A DNA stretch of 32,000 nt, from NCBI RefSeq assembly GCF_000023205.1, contig NC_012803.1, forward strand, positions 240,001 to 272,000, in the 5' to 3' direction. The notes beneath the pieces are model-generated. The model saw only the letters and a program-made list of their open reading frames with translations, did not search any database and had not been told where the DNA came from. Both the position numbers and the translations under genes were made by a program. Below are positions 6,375 to 13,885 of the stretch, piece by piece (the stretch's first letter is position 1; every line of letters begins with the position of its first letter). This DNA is from Micrococcus luteus NCTC 2665. GTDB lineage: Bacteria; Actinomycetota; Actinomycetes; Actinomycetales; Micrococcaceae.

Positions 6375-8747
6375 ACCCTCGTCGCATACGCTGATGCGTT
6401 CGAGAACAAGCGCCGCGCCGCACTGCTGGTGATGGCCACCGGCACCGGGAAGACGTGCACCGCCGTCGCCCTGGTGGACCAGATGGCCCGCGCCGGATGG
6501 GTCAAGCGCGTGCTCTTCCTGGCGGACCGGCAGGCCCTCGTGAAGCAGGCCGCGGACGCCTTCGTGGAGCACGGCTTCGTCGGCACCACCGTGAACCTGC
6601 TGAAGAACCGGCACGGGGAGGGACGCGTCTACGCCTCCACCTACCCCACCATGCTCGGCCTCATCCAGGAGTCCACCGGCCAGGGCGCCCGCTTCGACCC
6701 CGGATACTTCGACCTGGTGATCGTGGACGAGGCCCACCGGTCCGTATACGCCAAGTACGGCGAGATCTTCCGCCACTTCGATGCCCTTCTCGTGGGCCTC
6801 ACCGCCACCCCCAAGGACGAGATCGACCGGAACACCTACGGCCTCTTCGGCCTCGAGCCCGGCGTGCCGACTGATGCCTACACCCTCGACGAGGCCGTGG
6901 CGGACGGGTTCCTGGTGCCGCCGCGGGGCGTCTCCGTGGGCACCACCTTCCTGCGTCGCGGCACCCGGTACGATCAGCTTCCCGCCGAGGAGCAGGAGGC
7001 CTGGGACGCGCTGGACTGGGGCGAGGACGAGGCGCCCGAGGAGGTTTCGAGCGAGGAGATCAACCGGTTCCTCTTCAATGCGGACACCGTGGACCGCGTG
7101 CTCTCCACCCTCAGGGAGCACGGCCACAAGGTGGCCGACGGCGAACGGCTCGGCAAGACCATCGTCTTCGCCAAGAACCAGCCGCACGCCGAGTTCATCC
7201 TGCAGCGGTTCGACGCCCAGTGGCCGGAGCTCGGCGGCCGGTACGCCCAGATCATCACCCACGCCAGCCGCTACCCGGACGCCCTGCTGGACGACTTCAA
7301 GACCCCCGGCAAGGCCCCGCACATCGCCATCAGCGTGGACATGCTGGACACGGGGGTGGACGTGCCCGACGTCGTCAACCTCGTGTTCTTCAAGCTCATC
7401 CGCTCCAAGACCAAGTTCTGGCAGATGATCGGCCGCGGCACCCGCCTGCGCCCGGACCTCTACGGGCCGGGGAGGGACAAGGAGGACTTCCTCGTCTTCG
7501 ACTGGTGCCAGAACCTCGAGTTCTTCAACCAGGACCTCCCGGAGTCCGACGGCTTCACCCAGAGGTCCCTCACCCAGCGGTTGTTCGAGGACCGGCTCGC
7601 GCTCGTCGTCGCCCTCGACGCGCTGGACGACGATGCCGGGGCGCCCGCCGCCGTCGGGCCGGAGGAACGCGCGGTGCGCGAGCTACGCCGCACCGCCGCC
7701 GAGGAGCTGCAGGCGGCCATCGCCCGCCTGACCCTCGAGAACGTCCTGGCCCGCCCCCACCGCAGGGAGGTCGAGGAGTTCCAGCGGCCTGAGGCGTGGA
7801 CGTCCCTGAGCGCCCAGGCCGCCGAACGGGCACGCGCGCTGGCCGGTGTGGTCACCGGGCTGCCGGGGGAGGACATCGACGCCAAGCGCTTCGACCTGCT
7901 CATCGTGCGCCGGCAGCTGGCAGACCTCACCGGGGAGGCCGGCACGGCCGAGCGCATCCGGACCACGGTGCAGTCCCTCGCGGAGAACCTGCTCTCCAAG
8001 GACGCCATCCCCGCCATCAAGGAACAGATCATCCTCCTCGAGGCCGTGGCCGGAGAGGAATGGTGGGAGGGCGTCACTCTCGGCATGCTCGAGCACGCCC
8101 GGAAGAAGCTGCGCGGGCTCGTCCAGTTCATCGAGAAGGTCCGCCGCTCCCGCGTATACACGGACTTCGCGGACACGCTCACGCAGCTTGAGGAGGTCGA
8201 CGTCGTGCGGCCGACGCCCGGCGTGGACATCGAACGGTTCTGGGCCAAGGTCAGCGAGCCGCTGCGCCGCAACGAGTCCTCGCTGGCGCTGCAGAAGCTG
8301 CGCCACGGCAAGCAGCTCACCAAGCAGGACCTGGAGTCGCTCGAACAGCTGCTCCGGAGCATCGGGGCCGAGGACGTGCACCTGGCCGCGGCGAAGTCCG
8401 AGGGCGAGGGACAGCTGGGCCTGTTCGTGCGCATGCTAGTGGGGATGGATCGCGCCGCCGCGCAGGGTGTGGTCGCGGACTTCGTCCAGGACCGGACGCT
8501 CACCCAGGCGCAGATCCGCTTCCTGGGTCACATGGTGGAGGAGCTGACCGCCAACGGCGTCCTGGACGCCGGCCGGCTGTTCGAGTCCCCCTACACGGAC
8601 GACGCCCCCGAGGGGCCGTTCGGCCTGTTCGAGGAGGCGCAGGTGTACTCCCTGCGCGAGCGGCTGGACCTCGTCCGGGCGTCTGCGATGGTGCCGGGAC
8701 CAGAAGCGAACGCGGACGGGGACGAGGCGTGCGGCGTCGTCGCATGA
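6375..8747 (+). pseudogene. hsdR: 5'-truncated type I restriction enzyme R subunit (EcoEI/COG4096-like HsdR). The helicase core and EcoEI_R_C-like C-terminus are retained; the nuclease N-terminal domain is missing.
   Basis: The open frame after TGA 6372-6374 reads TLVAYADAFENKRRAALLVMATGTGKTCTAVALVDQMARAGWVKRVLFLADRQALVKQA (Walker A about 20 codons from the frame start). DEAH box: VIVDEAHRS. TATP, DMLDTGVDVP and QMIGRGTR motifs are present. The C-terminus (...RFLGHMVEELTANGVLD...LFESPYTD) resembles the EcoEI R C-terminal domain. No hsdM or hsdS is nearby. Only GTG 6429 or ATG 6432, inside the Walker A region, is available as a start. Confidence 0.8.
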
Positions 8748-8824
8748 CCTCACCGGACGGTGAGCCGAGTCGTGATATCCGCCCTTCTGCGAGCCTCCAG
8801 TTTCTATGACTGCTCACGTAGTGT

Positions 8825-9151
8825 TCAGACATGACTCCCGTCACCTGCCCCAGGGCCCCCAAGCGAGGCCATAGGAAAGAGACTGCTCGTGCACGTTGTC
8901 CGCACTGTGGCTCTTCCCCAGGTCCGGGCGTTACCCCACCAACAGAGACATTGATCGCTCTGCCCCCAGGGCCGGAGGGTGCCGATAGACAGACTTCCCC
9001 AATGGAATGTGAGCGACGTCGTCGAATCGATGAAGTGCTTCAGTTGGCTGGTGACCTTCTGGTCACGGAAAGCATCCGGGAAGTTCGTACGCACCTTCTC
9101 GATTTTGCCGTAGCCTACGGCGAACAGGGGCGTGGACGAGTGCGGCGCCAT
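8825..9151 (-). CDS. Hypothetical ORF, possibly a decayed fragment.
   Basis: The first ~50 codons (MAPHSSTPLFAVGYGKIEKVRTNFPDAFRDQKVTSQLKHFIDSTTSL...) have clearly higher GC3 than the opposite-strand frame. The distal half is Trp/Cys/Arg-rich and looks non-coding. No family recognised. Confidence 0.25.
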   Translation of the reverse strand: MAPHSSTPLFAVGYGKIEKVRTNFPDAFRDQKVTSQLKHFIDSTTSLTFHWGSLSIGTLRPWGQSDQCLCWWGNARTWGRATVRTTCTSSLFPMASLGGPGAGDGSHV

Positions 9152-9154
9152 GCT

Positions 9155-9466
9155 ATGTGCCAGGTACTTGCCGAGGTGGCGAATGCGCTAGATCCAGGCG
9201 AATACATCGATGAAGCAGCCGCTCGCATCAGGACAGCCCTCGCCACGGCAGGTCTTCCTCGACCGGTCGTCGCCTTGGCAATCGCAGCGACAAAGAAGAT
9301 TGCAGCGGGAGCCGTGGAGGGGATCAATCCGACTGAGCAGATTCGTTTGGCGATCTGGATGCTCATCTCTGTGCTCTGCCCGAGGCCGGAGGTGTGCCCG
9401 GCTCAGCCAAAATCAGGCGTGGAGGTTCTTAAAGAAGCTCTGGAAGATGCAGAGTCTGTTTTCTGA
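9155..9466 (+). CDS. Hypothetical small protein (103 aa), island cargo.
   Basis: Internal ATG of ORF 8831..9466. The composition looks protein-like (MCQVLAEVANALDPGEYIDEAAARIRTALATAGLPRPVVALAIAATKKIAAGAVEG...). Low GC. Divergent from the 8825..9151 ORF with a 3-nt gap. No family recognised. Confidence 0.35.
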   Translation: MCQVLAEVANALDPGEYIDEAAARIRTALATAGLPRPVVALAIAATKKIAAGAVEGINPTEQIRLAIWMLISVLCPRPEVCPAQPKSGVEVLKEALEDAESVF

Positions 9467-9507
9467 TCATCACAGAGGCTGAGTGACCCTCAACGCACCT
9501 CGCTACC

Positions 9508-9573
9508 TCAGCGGCGGTGGCGGCCGACGATCGTGTGGATCAGCCGCACCGCGGCCCTCGCGGTGCGGCCCCC
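9508..9573 (-). pseudogene. hutG: Second relic copy of the hutG 3' end (GGRTARAAVRLIHTIVGRHRR*), 108 nt from the functional copy.
   Basis: 9514-9570 aligns with 9622-9678. The core at 9523-9547 matches 9631-9655 at 23/25. It has its own TGA at 9508-9510 and is in the same frame as hutG. Confidence 0.55.
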
Positions 9574-9597
9574 GCGCCCGAATGGACCCCGGCCCGC

Positions 9598-10644
9598 TCA
9601 GGCCAGCAGCGACGCGTCCGTCCGGTGACGGCTGACGATCGTGTGGATCAGCCGGGCCGCGGCCTTCGCCGTGCGGCCGTCCACGTCCAGGGCGGGGTTG
9701 AGCTCCACGACGTCGGCCAGGGCCAGCTTCCCGGACTGGGTGGCCTCCAGTGTGCACGCGTGGATCACCTCGTACGGCACGCCGAAGCCGGCCGGTGCGC
9801 TCACCCCCGGGGCGACGGCGGCCGGCAGCACATCCAGGTCGATCGTCAGGTAGAGCACGTCCACGGCGGTGATGAACGAGCGCACCCAGCGGCGCACGCC
9901 GGTGACGTCGGCGGTCTGGGCCTGCTCGTCGGTCACCCACGTGACCCCGCGTTCGCGCGCGGTGTCGAACAGGGCGCGGGTGTTGTTGGCCTCGCTGATG
10001 CCCACCACCGCGTAGGAGAGCTGATGCTCCGCCCCCTCGGCGTCCCGCAGCGCCTGCAGGAACGGGGTGCCGGAGCTGGGCCGCGGCGCCTCGCGCAGGT
10101 CGAAGTGCGCGTCCAGGTTGAGGATGCCCACGCGGGTGCCCGCAGCCACGCGCGTGGAGCCGGTCAGCCCCGTGATCGAGGCGTAGGCGGTCTCGTGCCC
10201 GCCGCCGAGCACCACGGCCAGGTCGTGGGCGTTCAGCAGCCCGCTGACCACTGTGCCCAGCTCGGCCTGGCCCGCCTCGAGCTCGCCCGGGGCGTCGTCG
10301 TCGCCGCGGTCCACGGACACGTCGCCCGCGTCCACGAGCGCGCCCGTGCCCTCGAGGTACGCGAGCGAGGCGAGAGCGCCGCGCAGCGCCTCCGGGCCGT
10401 CCTCGGCGCCCACGCGGCCGTGGTTCCGGCGCACGCCCTCGTCCGAGGCGAAGCCGATGAGCGCCGTGGACCGCGCGCCCGACGTCGGAGCGCCGGCGCC
10501 GGGGTCGCGCTGCGGCGTCGTGGGATCGCCGCGGCCGTCGGCGGGGCGGACGACCTGGTGCCAGCGCAGGTGCTCGGGGGTGTCACCGTCGGTGCGGCCG
10601 GTCCAGGCGGGGGAGAGGGACGGGGAGGGGAGCTCGGAGGTCAT
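9598..10644 (-). CDS. hutG: Formimidoylglutamase (arginase/ureohydrolase superfamily)
   Basis: C-terminal 348 codons of track ORF 9598..11922. ATG at 10644 (MTSELPSP...); alternative at 10662. Motifs: LGGGHETAY, NLDAHFDLR, TIDLDVL, APGVSAP. The upstream part of the long ORF is an Arg/Pro-rich shadow frame over the neighbouring genes. Confidence 0.88.
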   Translation of the reverse strand: MTSELPSPSLSPAWTGRTDGDTPEHLRWHQVVRPADGRGDPTTPQRDPGAGAPTSGARSTALIGFASDEGVRRNHGRVGAEDGPEALRGALASLAYLEGTGALVDAGDVSVDRGDDDAPGELEAGQAELGTVVSGLLNAHDLAVVLGGGHETAYASITGLTGSTRVAAGTRVGILNLDAHFDLREAPRPSSGTPFLQALRDAEGAEHQLSYAVVGISEANNTRALFDTARERGVTWVTDEQAQTADVTGVRRWVRSFITAVDVLYLTIDLDVLPAAVAPGVSAPAGFGVPYEVIHACTLEATQSGKLALADVVELNPALDVDGRTAKAAARLIHTIVSRHRTDASLLA

Positions 10645-10688
10645 GGGCCCATCCCACGCCATCGACGGGCGGGTGCGCAACGAGGGCC

Positions 10689-10716
10689 GGACGACGCCCG
10701 ACATGGGGCGTCGTCC
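10689..10716 (-). terminator. Hairpin (11-bp stem GGACGACGCCC / GGGCGTCGTCC, 6-nt loop) immediately after the CoA-binding protein gene.
   Basis: Exact complementarity read at 10689-10699 and 10706-10716. It starts 3 nt after the TAG at 10719-10721 on the minus strand. Confidence 0.5.
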
Positions 10717-10718
10717 GC

Positions 10719-11234
10719 CTAGCGGTCCAGTTCCTGGCGCCGTGAGCTGATCACGCCGGTGACGAAGCCGGCGAGGTTGAGCCCGCCGTGGAAGCGGGCG
10801 TGCTCGATCTTCACGCAGCGATCCATGACGATCTCCAGGCCCGCGGCCTCGGCCTGACGCGCGGCGTCCTCGTTCCAGATGCCCAGCTGCAGCCACACGG
10901 TCCGGGCGCCCACGCGGGCGGCGTCCGCCACCACCTCGGGGGCGTCGGAGGACTTGCGGAACACCTCCACGAGGTCCGGGGTGACGGGCAGGTCGTCCAG
11001 CGAGGCGTAGACGCGGTGGCCGAGGATCTCCTTGCCGGCCGCGGCGAGCACGGGATTGACGAAGTAGACGTCGTACGTGGTCGAGCTCAGCAGGTACGTG
11101 GCCACGAAGTACGACGCACGGGCCGGCTTGTCCGAGGCGCCGACGATCGCGATCGAGCGGGTGCGGCGCAGGATCGCCAGGCGCTCGGGGGCGCCGGGGC
11201 CGGTCCAGGTGCGCTCGGGGTGGGTGGTGCTCAT
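10719..11234 (-). CDS. CoA-binding domain protein (YccU/YneT-like)
   Basis: IAIVGASDKPARASYFV, RVYASLDDLP..PDLVEVFR and TVWLQLG are typical of the CoA_binding_2 family. The start lies 3 nt after the metY stop, so co-transcription is likely. Confidence 0.85.
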   Translation of the reverse strand: MSTTHPERTWTGPGAPERLAILRRTRSIAIVGASDKPARASYFVATYLLSSTTYDVYFVNPVLAAAGKEILGHRVYASLDDLPVTPDLVEVFRKSSDAPEVVADAARVGARTVWLQLGIWNEDAARQAEAAGLEIVMDRCVKIEHARFHGGLNLAGFVTGVISSRRQELDR

Positions 11235-11237
11235 GGC

Positions 11238-12608
11238 TCAGGCCTCCTGCTCTGCGGGGACGACGGCGCCGTCGCGGGTGCGGCCGGTGGCTTCGGTCAG
11301 AGCCTGGTCCAGGTCCCAGAGGATGTCCTCGGTGTCCTCGATGCCCACCGAGATGCGGATCAGGTCCGCCGGGATGCCCGCGGCCACGAGCTGCTCGGCG
11401 GTGAGCTGCTGATGGGTCGTCGTGGCGGGGTGCAGCACCAGCGTCTTCGCGTCGCCGATGTTGGCCAGGTGGGAGGCCAGCTGCAGCGCCGAGATGAAGC
11501 GCGCCGCCGTCGCGCGCCCGGCCTCCGGACCGGAGGCGCCGTCGTCGGTGTCCGTGGCCGCCGGGGCCACGCCGAAGCTGAACACCGAGCCGACGCCCCG
11601 GGGCAGCAGCTGCTGCGCGCGGGCGTGGTGCGGGTGGCCGGGCAGGCCGGCGTAGCGGACCCAGGAGACGCGCGGGTCCTCGTCCAGCCAGGTGGCGACG
11701 GCGCGGGCGTTGGCGAGGTGGGCGTCCATGCGCGGGGCCAGCGTCTCGACGCCGAGCAGCAGCTGGAACGCCGACTGCGGGGCCAGCGACGGGCCGAAGT
11801 CGCGCAGCTGCTCCGAGCGGAGCTTGGTGAGGAAGCCGTACTCGCCGAAGTTGCCCCACCAGGAGACGCCGCCGTACGAGGGCACGGGCTCGGTCATCGA
11901 CGGGAACTTGCCGTTGTCCCACGGGAAGCGACCGGACTCCACCACGACGCCGCCCAGCGTGGTGCCGTGGCCGCCGAGGAACTTCGTGGCCGAATGGATG
12001 ACGATGTCCGCGCCGTGCTCGATCGGCCGGATCAGATAGGGCGGGGTGAGGGTCGCGTCCACGACGAGCGGCACGCCGTGCCGGTGGGCGACGTCGGCCA
12101 GGCCCGGTAGGTCCACGACGTCACCGGAGGGGTTGGCGACGATCTCCGTGTAGACGGCCTTGGTGTTGGGCTGGAGGGCGGCCTCGAAGTCCGCGGCCTC
12201 GGCGGAGTCCACGAACGTGGTCTCGACGCCGAACCGGCGCAGGGAGACGTCCAGCTGGGTGATCGTGCCGCCGTAGAGCTTCGAGGACGCCACGATGTGG
12301 TCGCCGGCCCCGGCGAGGGCCGCGAAGGTGACGAACTCGGCGGCCATGCCGGACGCCGTCGCGACGGCCCCGATCCCGCCCTCGAGCGTGGCGACCCGCT
12401 CCTCGAACGCGGCGACCGTGGGGTTGCCGATCCGCGAGTAGATGTTGCCGTACTTCTGCAGCGCGAAGAGGTTGGCGGCGTCCTCGGCGGACTCGAACAC
12501 GAAGGAGCTGGTCTGGTGGATCGGCACGGCCCGCGAGCCGTGGACGGCGTCCGGGACGGCGCCCGCGTGCAGCGCCTGGGTGCGGAAGCCGAACTCGTGG
12601 TCAGCCAC
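11238..12608 (-). CDS. metY: O-acetylhomoserine sulfhydrylase / aminocarboxypropyltransferase (PLP-dependent)
   Basis: GTG at 12608, preceded by GAAAGGA. Begins VADHEFGFRTQALHAG...PIHQTSSFVF...YSRIGNPT. PLP-lysine motif HSATKFLGGHG. The upstream 45 codons of the track ORF run into a repeat element and are not coding. Confidence 0.9.
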   Translation of the reverse strand: MADHEFGFRTQALHAGAVPDAVHGSRAVPIHQTSSFVFESAEDAANLFALQKYGNIYSRIGNPTVAAFEERVATLEGGIGAVATASGMAAEFVTFAALAGAGDHIVASSKLYGGTITQLDVSLRRFGVETTFVDSAEAADFEAALQPNTKAVYTEIVANPSGDVVDLPGLADVAHRHGVPLVVDATLTPPYLIRPIEHGADIVIHSATKFLGGHGTTLGGVVVESGRFPWDNGKFPSMTEPVPSYGGVSWWGNFGEYGFLTKLRSEQLRDFGPSLAPQSAFQLLLGVETLAPRMDAHLANARAVATWLDEDPRVSWVRYAGLPGHPHHARAQQLLPRGVGSVFSFGVAPAATDTDDGASGPEAGRATAARFISALQLASHLANIGDAKTLVLHPATTTHQQLTAEQLVAAGIPADLIRISVGIEDTEDILWDLDQALTEATGRTRDGAVVPAEQEA

Positions 12609-12722
12609 GGGGGTCCTTTCGATGGAGGCTTCGGGACAGTCCGTCCCATTGTCCCGGGCGAGGCGCGCCGAGTGCAGGGTGGGCACGTCGCAGAGCGTCA
12701 CGCGGCGCCGGCCGGTGGCATG

Positions 12723-12817
12723 CAACGCGGGTTGAGTTATCACCGATTACGCGGGCCTGGACCCGTGACAACTCAACCCGCGTTGGACGGGACCCGTGAC
12801 AACTCAACCCGCGTTGG
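12723..12817. repeat. Palindromic element, copy A. A 21-bp stem (1 mismatch) with a 21-nt loop at 12723-12785, plus a tandem duplicate of its right arm (28-bp unit at 12759-12786 and 12790-12817).
   Basis: CAACGCGGGTTGAGTTATCAC ... GTGACAACTCAACCCGCGTTG read directly. The unit GGACCCGTGACAACTCAACCCGCGTTGG occurs twice with a 3-nt spacer. Confidence 0.85.
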
Positions 12818-12832
12818 CCGGGAGGGGGCGGA

Positions 12833-13765
12833 TCAGCGCGTGCGGGCCAGCCGACGCCGGACCAGCCCCACGATCCGCCCGAACCCAGCGCGCTGGTCCT
12901 CCCAGGTGCAGCGCAGGGTCGTCCATTCCCGCTCGAGGCAGTACGCGTCCCGACGGGCGTCCCTCGCCTGCTGCTGAGCCGTGCGGTGGCCGGCGCCGTC
13001 GTACTGGAGGGCCAGGCGCGCCCCCCGGTACCCGAGGTCCACGACGGGCGAGGCCGGGTCGGCCGGGTCGACGGCGACCTGCAGCTCCGGCTCCGGCAGC
13101 CCGGCCCGGATCAGCGCGAGCCGGAGGAAGGTCTCGGGCGGGGAGTCGGCCCCGACGCGCACCTCCGCCAGCGCGGCACGTGCGAGACGGACACCCGGCC
13201 GGCCACGGCAGCGGGCGAGCACCTCCGACAGCTCGGACACGGTGGCCGCGGGATCCGCCCGGCCCGTCGGCGTCCACGGCGGACGCACCAGGTGGTCGCC
13301 GGCCGCGATGAGCCAGTCCACCTCGTGGGGGCGGAGCATCCCGGCGAGGTCGAACCAGGTGCGCGCAGCCGTCGTGACGCGCTGGCCGTCGGGAAGGTCG
13401 AGCACGTGGTCGGTGGGCAGCCGCACCCGGTGGCTGACGGCGCCGCCCAGGTCGGTCCGGTGCGTGCGCGCGGACCGGTCGAAGGTCAGGTGCAGCCCGG
13501 CCGGCCGCGCGAGGCGGGGCGGCAGCGGCAGTCCGTGCCAGAGGGCGGCAGAGACGTGGGAGACCACCCCGCCCGTGAGGCGGGCCAGCGCGGCCGCGCC
13601 GTCCGGGGAGCACGGGTCGGGGGCGCCCGCGGTGTGCACGCCGCGGCAGATCCGGGCGAGGTCTGCCGCGAGGGTCCGGCGCCACGGCAGGCCGGCGGCG
13701 TGCAGCTCGGCCGTCGTGAAGGCGCCCGCGGCGAGGGCGGGCGGCAGGGGCGTGCGCGCGGTCAT
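12833..13765 (-). CDS. DUF559 (Vsr-like endonuclease fold) protein with an AbiEi-like N-terminal region
   Basis: ATG at 13765 (MTARTPLPPALAAGAFTTAELHAAGLPWRR...CRGVH). C-terminus: SPPETFLRLALIRAGLPEPELQ...DLGY...ALQYDGAGH...D..RD..L...W..LR. This is the pattern of the multi-copy actinobacterial DUF559 family. Confidence 0.8.
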   Translation of the reverse strand: MTARTPLPPALAAGAFTTAELHAAGLPWRRTLAADLARICRGVHTAGAPDPCSPDGAAALARLTGGVVSHVSAALWHGLPLPPRLARPAGLHLTFDRSARTHRTDLGGAVSHRVRLPTDHVLDLPDGQRVTTAARTWFDLAGMLRPHEVDWLIAAGDHLVRPPWTPTGRADPAATVSELSEVLARCRGRPGVRLARAALAEVRVGADSPPETFLRLALIRAGLPEPELQVAVDPADPASPVVDLGYRGARLALQYDGAGHRTAQQQARDARRDAYCLEREWTTLRCTWEDQRAGFGRIVGLVRRRLARTR

Positions 13766-13885
13766 GGGGCGAGCCTGCCGCCCCCGGACCCTGCGACGGA
13801 TCGAACCGATGCGCCCTGGGGAGGGCCGCCGTCGTCGTGGTGGCTGTGCAGGAGCGGCCGGCCCGCCGGACACGGCGGCCCCGGC

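Larger units (their letters stand above)
4540..9654. mobile_element. Roughly 5-kb integrated genomic island (degenerate, no recombinase gene) in the 3' end of hutG, bounded by imperfect direct repeats of the hutG C-terminal coding sequence.
   Basis: Direct repeats at 4540-4597 and 9598-9655, plus an internal copy at 9508-9573. It interrupts an otherwise convergent hutH/hutG pair. G+C is visibly lower, with A/T-rich stretches at about 4690-5300 and 8750-9500. Cargo is a TA-like pair and a truncated hsdR. Confidence 0.55.

Noticed and set aside
6429-8747. An intact stand-alone helicase gene starting at GTG 6429
   Set aside because: The start would fall inside the Walker A motif (MATGTGKT). Homology-like sequence (AFENKRRAALLV) continues upstream in frame to a stop at 6372-6374. 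I therefore interpret it as a 5'-truncated hsdR rather than a complete gene.
8831-9154. The N-terminal 108 codons of track ORF 8831..9466 (MTPVTCPRAPKRGHRKETARARCPHCG...)
   Set aside because: The composition is odd and GC3 is poor. The opposite strand has better coding statistics over 9000-9151. Only the part from ATG 9155 is kept, as a low-confidence CDS.
4400-9700. A tRNA/tmRNA gene or integrase as the island anchor
   Set aside because: I could recognise no cloverleaf-capable segment and no recombinase-like ORF in any frame. The repeats instead match the hutG coding end.
9598-11922. The 774-aa ORF read as a single giant protein
   Set aside because: Only the C-terminal 348 codons are HutG-like. 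The upstream part is an Arg/Pro-rich frame overlapping the well-supported CoA-binding and metY genes, and a terminator-like hairpin lies between them.
12609-12722. SAM riboswitch (SAM-IV or SAM-I type) in the metY leader, as is common upstream of actinobacterial metY
   Set aside because: Reading the minus strand, I could not find the conserved GGCAACC core or a matching P1 helix. The GGTTGAGT similarity to part of SAM-IV belongs to the palindromic repeat, which also occurs at 13886 away from any met gene. A covariance-model scan (Rfam SAM-IV, SAM-I, SAM-I/IV variant) would settle it.
12759-12817. CRISPR-like array
   Set aside because: There are only two copies of a 28-bp unit, separated by 3 nt with no spacers, and no cas genes. 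It is a tandem duplication of a palindrome arm.
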